Source: a virus (Duplodnaviria; Caudoviricetes). Taken from it: DNA of 27,389 bases. Below, one piece after another: positions 1 to 6,151 of this stretch; position 1 is the stretch's first letter, and every line of letters begins with the position of its first letter. The position numbers and the translations under genes are program-made. Under the pieces are notes generated by a model. That model had not been told where the DNA came from. It saw nothing but the letters and a program-made list of their open reading frames with translations, and did not search any database. The stretch spans positions 1 to 27,389 of the IMG/VR virus record IMGVR_UViG_3300030708_001067; one strand, 5' to 3'.

Positions 1-2
1 AT

Positions 3-53
3 AATACTGATACACCTGCAACACCAACACAAAATGACGATATACCGTTTTAA
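3..53 (+). CDS. ssb: C-terminal end of single-stranded DNA-binding protein (5'-truncated)
   Basis: Frame reads NTDTPATPTQNDDIPF*; DDIPF is the canonical acidic SSB C-terminal tip; lies at the head of a replication module. Confidence 0.75.
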   Translation, partial: NTDTPATPTQNDDIPF

Positions 54-70
54 TAGAAAGGAAAAAAAGA

Positions 71-340
71 ATGGTTAGAGATACATCAAGAATTGCTTAC
101 AACGACTTAAAAGCTACTGGTAAGCAACCTAAACAAAAAGACATTATATTAAATGTTTTAAGAGATAGCATAAACCCTTTGAGCTTACAAGAGATATGTA
201 ATAAAACTGGTTTTGCTATAAATGCAGTTTCAGGTAGAGTAAACGACTTGAAAAAAGCAAACCAAGTAGTTGAAGCCGAAAAAAGAAAATGCTCAGTTAC
301 TTGTAAGACTATAACACCAGTTACTGCATTGAGGTTTTAG
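71..340 (+). CDS. Winged-helix DNA-binding protein
   Basis: IILNVL..PLSLQEICNKTGFAINAVSGRVNDLKKANQV fits an HTH + wing; AAAGGA RBS upstream. Confidence 0.75.
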   Translation: MVRDTSRIAYNDLKATGKQPKQKDIILNVLRDSINPLSLQEICNKTGFAINAVSGRVNDLKKANQVVEAEKRKCSVTCKTITPVTALRF

Positions 341-828
341 TGGAGATACTAATCAGAGAAAAAGGTGGAGAGCCAAGATGGATTGACATCAGAAAGGTTT
401 TGGGTAAATCGAGGACCATTAAAACCTATTCCCCCTCTCCACCACTTCTCGAAGATACAAAAGGATTTGGCGAGTGGTATAACTTGTATGATAAAAAGAC
501 GACTAAGAAACAAGCTATAAATTACTGGTATAAAAACATTACAAAAGAAGATATACCAAAGATAATGGAACATACTCGTCAGTATATCAAAGATAGAGAT
601 AAAGTATATCGTAAAGACCCTATTAGATATTTAAGAGATAGAGTTTTTGAAGATGAGATTATAAAAGCTGAAAAGAAAATTGATTTAGATGAATTATATC
701 CATTTGATAAGACTGGTAATAGTAGGCTTGGAAGATGTAGCAAATGTAATTCAATAGTATTTGGTAATAAATACACTATACACAAAGACGATAGTTGTTG
801 TGGCGTTAAAATAAAACAATATAGGTAA
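340..828 (+). CDS. Phage replication initiator-like protein (C-terminal domain type) with Cys-rich tail
   Basis: GFGEWYNLYDKK..KKQAINYW...KDPIRYLRDRVFEDE resembles the F.EFW.LYPKK...P.TWLN...WEDE domain of phage initiators; CSKC...CC at the C-terminus; GTG start overlaps the upstream TAG. Confidence 0.55.
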   Translation: MEILIREKGGEPRWIDIRKVLGKSRTIKTYSPSPPLLEDTKGFGEWYNLYDKKTTKKQAINYWYKNITKEDIPKIMEHTRQYIKDRDKVYRKDPIRYLRDRVFEDEIIKAEKKIDLDELYPFDKTGNSRLGRCSKCNSIVFGNKYTIHKDDSCCGVKIKQYR

Positions 829-830
829 CT

Positions 831-950
831 ATGGAAGATAAATTAGAAATAGCTATAAAAGGATTAGAGGCGATTATACAAGAATCTGCCGAATTATCTC
901 CTGCAAGAATTATAGCAGAAAAAACATTAGAAGAATTAAATAACTTATAG
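831..950 (+). CDS. Small hypothetical protein (39 aa, MEDKLEIAIKGLEAII...)
   Basis: Manually translated; fills the gap 2 nt after the previous stop; AGGT upstream; amphipathic helical pattern. Confidence 0.6.
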   Translation: MEDKLEIAIKGLEAIIQESAELSPARIIAEKTLEELNNL

Positions 951-1013
951 GGTAGGTATTATACCACAGAGTTTCGCACACTCAGTCGTCTCCTCCTAGA
1001 GATTGCCTACCCT
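949..1013 (+). ncRNA. Putative structured RNA element (three-way junction)
   Basis: Outer stem 949-958/1004-1013 (10 bp, 1 GU), hairpin 969-972/980-983, hairpin 988-992/999-1003 with loop CTCCTA; GC-rich island in AT-rich DNA; GU pairs favour the + strand. Confidence 0.5.
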
Positions 1014-1030
1014 TCACACTTGGAGTATAT

Positions 1031-1249
1031 ATGAGAAAATGTAGCCATTGTAAAGAAAAGAAGCCATTAACTGAATTTAACAGAGGTTCGGATAATAGGA
1101 GCTTTTTATGTAGGTTGTGTCAAAATGTTTATAATAGCAAAAAGTTGGCTAAAAACAAGCAAAAAATACTTGATGCGACTAATAATGGTAAATGTTGGTG
1201 GGTATATCAATCTATAATGGCTGATTTAAGTTTTAAGAGAGGTTCATAA
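1031..1249 (+). CDS. Zinc-finger protein (CxxC...CxxC, as in N-termini of HNH/EndoVII-type phage proteins)
   Basis: CSHCKEKKPLTEF...CRLC; GGAG RBS; no catalytic HNH motif seen. Confidence 0.65.
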   Translation: MRKCSHCKEKKPLTEFNRGSDNRSFLCRLCQNVYNSKKLAKNKQKILDATNNGKCWWVYQSIMADLSFKRGS

Positions 1250-1551
1250 TGCCGAACAAAAGTAAAGCTAAAGGTAATAGATTTGAACGTGAGATTGTAC
1301 AAGCAGTAGAGTTACACGATATTAAATGTGTGAGAAGCTGGGGAAGTAACGGCAGAGCATTTGGACACCACGAAGAAGTAGATATACTTATTGATGATGA
1401 GATTAAAGTACAAGCAAAAGTTCGTAAGGCTTTGCCGAAATGGATTAAACCCTCTGAACACGTTGATATACAAGTTATAAAAGAGGACAGAGGTAAGATG
1501 TATGTAGTCCAAGAATTAAATGACTGGTTAATAAACATAAAGGAAAAATAA
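1249..1551 (+). CDS. Hjc-like Holliday junction resolvase (PD-(D/E)xK)
   Basis: SKAKGNRFEREIV N-terminus, VDILI and QAK motifs. Confidence 0.7.
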   Translation: MPNKSKAKGNRFEREIVQAVELHDIKCVRSWGSNGRAFGHHEEVDILIDDEIKVQAKVRKALPKWIKPSEHVDIQVIKEDRGKMYVVQELNDWLINIKEK

Positions 1552-2288
1552 TGAATAATGATAAAATAGTGAATCAAGTCCTACAGACCAATGTTCACTC
1601 TATATTTAAAACACAAAAAGGAAACAGACCTATAAATAAAAACCATTTAGATAGATTAATATTGTCTATGAAAAAGAAATATTTAATAAGTCCAATACTT
1701 GTTAATGAGAAAATGGAGGTTATAGATGGGCAGCATAGATTACAAGCACAAAAAGAGCTAAATCTTCCTACATTTTACATTAAAAATAAAGGTTATGGTA
1801 TTGAAGAAACACGAATATTAAATCAAAATACTAATAATTGGAGTGCAAATAACTTTATGGAGGCATTTTGCGATTTAGGTATGCCTGAATATATGAAATA
1901 CAAAAAGTTCCAAAAAAAGTATAAATTTAACCATCAATGCACAATGAACTTGTTAATGGGCAATAATAGTTCTCAAAATGGTAATGTTTATGAAATATTT
2001 AAATCTGGATTATTTAAGGTAACTTCATTAAAACAAGCTACCAAAATTGCCGAAAGTGTTTTAGAGATTGGCGAGTATTATCTTGGTTATAAAAGAAGAA
2101 GCTTTATAACTGCAATTCAAAAAGCTATGTCAATAGAAGAATATAATCATAGATATTTCTTAAAAAAGCTGAAATCACAAAGAACAAGAATGGTTGATTG
2201 CACAAGTTGGAAACAATATCTAGCTTTAATGGAAGATATATATAATTATAGAACACCAAAAGATAAAAGAATAAGGTTATATATATAA
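1551..2288 (+). CDS. ParB/Srx-like N-terminal domain protein
   Basis: GNRPINKNHLDRLILSM...PILVNEKMEVIDGQHRLQA. Confidence 0.8.
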   Translation: MNNDKIVNQVLQTNVHSIFKTQKGNRPINKNHLDRLILSMKKKYLISPILVNEKMEVIDGQHRLQAQKELNLPTFYIKNKGYGIEETRILNQNTNNWSANNFMEAFCDLGMPEYMKYKKFQKKYKFNHQCTMNLLMGNNSSQNGNVYEIFKSGLFKVTSLKQATKIAESVLEIGEYYLGYKRRSFITAIQKAMSIEEYNHRYFLKKLKSQRTRMVDCTSWKQYLALMEDIYNYRTPKDKRIRLYI

Positions 2289-2292
2289 CATA

Positions 2293-2361
2293 AAGAGATA
2301 GGTGGTGGGTTTTATTCATTCTTCCCACCTTTAGCGTTTCCCTTTCTTCGCACTATCTCTT
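2293..2361 (+). ncRNA. Putative structured RNA element (three-way junction), possibly terminator-like
   Basis: Outer stem AAGAGATAG 2293-2301/CTATCTCTT 2353-2361; hairpin GGTGGG 2304-2309/CCCACC 2324-2329; hairpin GCG 2334-2336/CGC 2349-2351 with loop TTTCCCTTTCTT; strand ambiguous. Confidence 0.5.
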
Positions 2362-2382
2362 CTCTATTAATTTATGATAATC

Positions 2383-2449
2383 TTGACATAGTCGTAAAAA
2401 AAAGTATTTGGAATTGTCAAATATTATTCGTAAATTGTATTATCGTCAA
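2383..2449 (+). promoter_or_regulatory. Putative promoter region for the micro-ORF/methyltransferase cluster
   Basis: TTGTCA(2414-2419)-18 nt-TATTAT(2438-2443); also TTTGG...TTCGTAAATTG; TTGACA at 2383; AAAGGA RBS follows. Confidence 0.45.
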
Positions 2450-2478
2450 TTAAGTCGATACAAAAAAAAGGAAAAAAA

Positions 2479-2619
2479 ATGAATAAAAAAATACAAATAC
2501 CAATAGGAGAAGAAGATATAAGAATGTTTCAAGAGTTAGTGCATTATGGTAGAGAGCCTTTTACTTGGACATTTGAAGGAGTAGATGTAGAGTTTGTAAA
2601 AGATGAGGGAGAAATGTAA
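2479..2619 (+). CDS. Small hypothetical protein (46 aa, MNKKIQIPIGEEDIRMFQELV...)
   Basis: Manually translated; AAAGGA RBS; first gene after the promoter. Confidence 0.7.
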   Translation: MNKKIQIPIGEEDIRMFQELVHYGREPFTWTFEGVDVEFVKDEGEM

Positions 2620-2812
2620 AATGAATAAATGTTATGGTAAATTAATTTATCAAGATAAACATAAAACAGAAAATGGTTATGATTTGTTTTTACAAAAAGA
2701 AATAAAGACAAAAAGATATTCATATAAATGTAATAAATGCAATAATAGTTTATTTAAAGATTATCCACCAAATCAAGATAGAGATATATATAAATGTTTA
2801 GAAAGGTTTTAA
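2603..2812 (+). CDS. Small zinc-ribbon protein (start may be 2621)
   Basis: CKMNKC...YKCNKCN; GGGAG RBS precedes ATG 2621. Confidence 0.6.
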   Translation: MREKCKMNKCYGKLIYQDKHKTENGYDLFLQKEIKTKRYSYKCNKCNNSLFKDYPPNQDRDIYKCLERF

Positions 2813-2819
2813 AAAAGCT

Positions 2820-2963
2820 ATGATTAAAAAAGAATTACACTTTGTATGGATAACAAAAGACGGCAAGAAGTTTCTGGATAGAGATGAAGCCGAAAAACAT
2901 CAAGAACTGATTGAGCCAAGTGATTTAATGGATAAATGGCTTGATAAACTAAAAGGAGAATAG
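2820..2963 (+). CDS. Small hypothetical protein (47 aa, ...WITKDGKKFLDRDEAEKHQ...)
   Basis: Manually translated; T.DG..F....EA..H pattern is common in small phage proteins. Confidence 0.7.
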   Translation: MIKKELHFVWITKDGKKFLDRDEAEKHQELIEPSDLMDKWLDKLKGE

Positions 2964-2964
2964 A

Positions 2965-3075
2965 ATGGAAGTAATTTTTGGATTTTTATTAGTTGCAATA
3001 GGTATGATACTTATTATGGCTATTATAATAGAATCAGTTGAAATGTATTACAAGAGAAAGGAAAGAAATGGTTAA
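2965..3075 (+). CDS. Single-pass membrane microprotein (36 aa)
   Basis: MEVIFGFLLVAIGMILIMAIIIESVEMYYKRKERNG; AAGGAG RBS. Confidence 0.7.
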   Translation: MEVIFGFLLVAIGMILIMAIIIESVEMYYKRKERNG

Positions 3076-3166
3076 ATGGACTAATGTTATAACTTATACA
3101 ATAATAGGTGTGCTTGGATTATTATTTTGGTATGCAATTATAATGCGATTTCTTGAGCTTTGCTGA
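3068..3166 (+). CDS. Single-pass membrane microprotein (32 aa)
   Basis: MVKWTNVITYTII..VLGLLFWYAIIMRFLELC; AAGGA RBS; TGA overlaps the next ATG. Confidence 0.6.
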   Translation: MVKWTNVITYTIIGVLGLLFWYAIIMRFLELC

Positions 3167-3771
3167 TGATTGATTTAATACTAGATGATTGTATGAATGT
3201 AATGAAGAAATATGAAGATAACCATTTTGATTTGGCTATTGTAGACCCACCTTATGGAATAAATGTAAATCAAATGAATATGGGAAGCAGAAAAACAATA
3301 AAACCAACAAATAAAAAATGGGATAATTCTATACCTAAAAAAGAATATTTTGATGAATTATTTAGAGTAAGTAAAAATCAAATAATTTGGGGTGGTAATT
3401 ATTTTGGTTTACCTCCGAACAAATGTTTTTTTGTATGGGATAAAGGTGAGTCTATGTATGGTAGAGATTTTGCAGAATGTGAGTATGCTTGGGCATCTTT
3501 TAATAAACCTGCTGATATGATTAAACTAAACCCTATGCAATTAGAAAGAATACACCCTACACAAAAGCCTGTAACATTATATGATAAATTGTTACAAAAC
3601 TATGCTGAAAAAGGACAAAAGATATTAGATACTCATTTAGGTAGTGGTAGCATAGCGATTGCTTGTCATTATTTTGGTGTAGATTTAGTAGGTGTTGAAA
3701 TAGATAAAGAGTATTATGATAAGGCTAAAGAAAGAATTGATTTATTAACTAAACAAGAAAGTTTATTTTAA
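3166..3771 (+). CDS. DNA amino-methyltransferase (N6-A/N4-C, beta class)
   Basis: DPPY catalytic motif precedes HPTQKP and LDTHLGSGS (SAM-binding); ATG 3166 coupled by TGATG, preferred over TTG 3160. Confidence 0.92.
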   Translation: MIDLILDDCMNVMKKYEDNHFDLAIVDPPYGINVNQMNMGSRKTIKPTNKKWDNSIPKKEYFDELFRVSKNQIIWGGNYFGLPPNKCFFVWDKGESMYGRDFAECEYAWASFNKPADMIKLNPMQLERIHPTQKPVTLYDKLLQNYAEKGQKILDTHLGSGSIAIACHYFGVDLVGVEIDKEYYDKAKERIDLLTKQESLF

Positions 3772-4028
3772 TGAAAGATTACCTTAAATATATTAAGTCT
3801 AAGAATTGTTTGGTGTGTGGAGTGTCGCCAGTAGACCCTGACCATTTGGAACATTTGGGTATGGGTGGAGCAAACAAGGGTGGTCTTAAAGACTACTCTT
3901 GTGTGCCTCTTTGCCGTAAACACCATACAGAAAGACACGATATGGGTATAAAAGATTTTGAATGGACTTATGGTATTAGTCTTTGGAAAGAAGCGTTTTA
4001 TTTATTAAGGGGGTATTTTGCAGAATGA
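3771..4028 (+). CDS. DUF968-like / HNH-fold zinc protein
   Basis: YLKYIKSKNCLVCG...DPDH...GMGG...D..CVPLCRKHHTERH. Confidence 0.7.
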   Translation: MKDYLKYIKSKNCLVCGVSPVDPDHLEHLGMGGANKGGLKDYSCVPLCRKHHTERHDMGIKDFEWTYGISLWKEAFYLLRGYFAE

Positions 4029-4171
4029 AATGTTGGCATTGTAATACAGAAGTTATATGGGGTGGCGACCACGATTTTGAAGATTATGGATATGAAGGTG
4101 AAGGTATTGTTAGTAATTTTCATTGTCCTAATTGTCAAGCCGAGTATGAATGTAGGTATAAAACAAAATGA
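4025..4171 (+). CDS. Small zinc-binding phage protein (48 aa)
   Basis: MKCWHCNTEVIWGGDHD...CPNC; ATGA overlap at 4025 preferred over the ORF-track start 3983. Confidence 0.75.
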   Translation: MKCWHCNTEVIWGGDHDFEDYGYEGEGIVSNFHCPNCQAEYECRYKTK

Positions 4172-4518
4172 AATTCGCTGGTAAAGTAGAACAAGGTAAA
4201 CTTACCTTAGATGATAATCTTGGATTTAGGGATTATTTACGTCAAATAGAGGGTGATGTTCACTTAGAAATAAAACCTGCCGAAAAGGTGCGTTCTCCCC
4301 AACAAAATGCCTATTATAGAGTTATTATAAGAATACTGGCGAAAGAACTAGGCTACACAGAACACGAAATGCACAATGTTATAAAAGAAAAGTATGATAT
4401 TCAATCTACTAAACAACTATCAAAGACAGAGTTTACTGAACTACTTGAAACTATAAAAAGATGGGCAGTTATAGATATGGGTATTGTTCTGCCTAACGCT
4501 AAGCAAGCTCATCAATAG
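4168..4518 (+). CDS. NinB/Orf-like recombination protein
   Basis: RSPQQNAYY...LAKELGYT..EMH...STKQLSKTEFTELLETI..W pattern. Confidence 0.65.
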   Translation: MKFAGKVEQGKLTLDDNLGFRDYLRQIEGDVHLEIKPAEKVRSPQQNAYYRVIIRILAKELGYTEHEMHNVIKEKYDIQSTKQLSKTEFTELLETIKRWAVIDMGIVLPNAKQAHQ

Positions 4519-5590
4519 TTACACTTACTTTATAAGTATTAAAAGCAATTTGTTGTACACTTAAAGTATTTTCTCTAAAATTACATATAGAATATCTATC
4601 AAGTCTTGTAGTGTCTTTATCATCTGTAAACAAAAAAGGTAAAGTACCACCTAAGGTATAGTTCCAAACAAAATTAAAACTATTACTATTTGTGCTTGGA
4701 TTATAATGAGTATCACTTTCTGTGTCACTTATATACATATTTGAATATTCTTTATCAATCCACATATCATTTTCTGACACATAAGAAAAAGTTAGTTTCC
4801 AACTTCTTAATCCTTTTCTACCATAATTTTCTTTTGGACTAAATTTATGATTATTGCTTTCGGTACTTTCATAGTGTTTTATAAATTCAAAAGGAGGTAT
4901 TTTATTAACTTTACCTGTTAAACTGTTCATAGTCCAGTCTGTTGGTCCACTATAATAAATATTAGATAATGTTTTTCCACCAATAGTTTTTTGTTGTTTT
5001 ATACCATCAAATCTTCTTGACATTGTAATATTCATATCAGGCGAATTAGGACAATCAATATATTTACCTAACACTATAGAACCTAATTGAAAATTTTTAT
5101 CAACGTAATTAGTATTATCAGGAAGACCAATTTTAACTTGACAAGTATCAATATATCTTCTATAGTCATCAAACGTAAATAAAGACCACCCATTATAATA
5201 TGGATATTGCAAACTATCATACATATTAACGATATTTTTGGTGTTAAATTCAAATAAGCTATCACTGGTTGCCATTTCAAAAGTTAAATTTTTACCTACT
5301 TGTACATCAAAAGTATGTGTAGTATAATCACCCATTACTCCAAAATTGTGATTTAGTAACCCACAAAAATTATATGTAAGATACGCTCCTTTATCCTCTA
5401 AACCTTGACCAATTTCAAACATTATTTCAGTATCATCTGATTGTACCGTTTGAATAAATGGATTAGAACAATTCATATACATTAATTCTGCGCCACCTTT
5501 GTCGGTACTATCTAAACCATAATCACCTACTGCGTGTTGATAAGTTAATAAATCTACATAAAATCTTGGCGTTTTAACTTGCTTTCCCAT
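4499..5590 (-). CDS. Tail tip protein, distal-tail (Dit)-like
   Basis: Last gene of the tail operon; IVLGKY...SRRFDGI...GLRSWKLTFSY beta-rich pattern; fold not verified. Confidence 0.5.
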   Translation of the reverse strand: MGKQVKTPRFYVDLLTYQHAVGDYGLDSTDKGGAELMYMNCSNPFIQTVQSDDTEIMFEIGQGLEDKGAYLTYNFCGLLNHNFGVMGDYTTHTFDVQVGKNLTFEMATSDSLFEFNTKNIVNMYDSLQYPYYNGWSLFTFDDYRRYIDTCQVKIGLPDNTNYVDKNFQLGSIVLGKYIDCPNSPDMNITMSRRFDGIKQQKTIGGKTLSNIYYSGPTDWTMNSLTGKVNKIPPFEFIKHYESTESNNHKFSPKENYGRKGLRSWKLTFSYVSENDMWIDKEYSNMYISDTESDTHYNPSTNSNSFNFVWNYTLGGTLPFLFTDDKDTTRLDRYSICNFRENTLSVQQIAFNTYKVSVTIDELA

Positions 5591-6144
5591 TAATATCCTC
5601 CTGAGCCTTCAGAACTAACACGAGTTGTAGTTGTTGTTGTTCTACGTCTTGTTTTTTTAATTTTTGTTTTTTCTACTTCAGGTAAATCGTCATCTATAAT
5701 ATAACTTGTTTTAGTTACGTTACCATTTGGCGTAATGTCTTTAAAATTATCCCATATATCTTGTTCTACATCAACAGACCATTCTTGATTAATCCATTTA
5801 GACTCATCTTTTTTTACAATACATTTAATTTTTTTAGCTTGTTTATTAGCTACAATTCCACTAATTAATTTCATTGTACCTTCGTATTCAAATAATAGTT
5901 GATTTTTTATTGGAACATTTTGTAAAGTAAATATTATAATTTTATTAGAGTTGCCTCTTAAATACCATTGATTAGGTAGTGTCGGTTTTATTGTAGCTTT
6001 TCCTTTAAAGTTAATTTCAATTCCCATTATTTCTGTATCTGAATTAATAAAACACTTTCCATTTTCAAGAGAAATAGTAGCAATACCATTTCCTATTTTT
6101 TTTGAAAAATCATAATTTTTTCTTGACTCTTTAACATTTGCCAT
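5590..6144 (-). CDS. Cohesin-like beta-sandwich protein with basic/Thr-rich tail
   Basis: ATISLENGKCFINSDTEIMGIEINFKG...PNQW...SNKIIIFTL...LLFEYEG; similarity to cohesin-like domains recalled, not searched. Confidence 0.5.
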   Translation of the reverse strand: MANVKESRKNYDFSKKIGNGIATISLENGKCFINSDTEIMGIEINFKGKATIKPTLPNQWYLRGNSNKIIIFTLQNVPIKNQLLFEYEGTMKLISGIVANKQAKKIKCIVKKDESKWINQEWSVDVEQDIWDNFKDITPNGNVTKTSYIIDDDLPEVEKTKIKKTRRRTTTTTTRVSSEGSGGY

Positions 6145-6151
6145 TTTATTT

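Noticed and set aside
961-990. tRNA-like TTCG loop
   Set aside because: No cloverleaf, D arm or anticodon arm; reported only as a structured element
5624-5642. GTT triplet repeat
   Set aside because: Encodes the Thr run of the 184-aa protein; short low-complexity coding sequence
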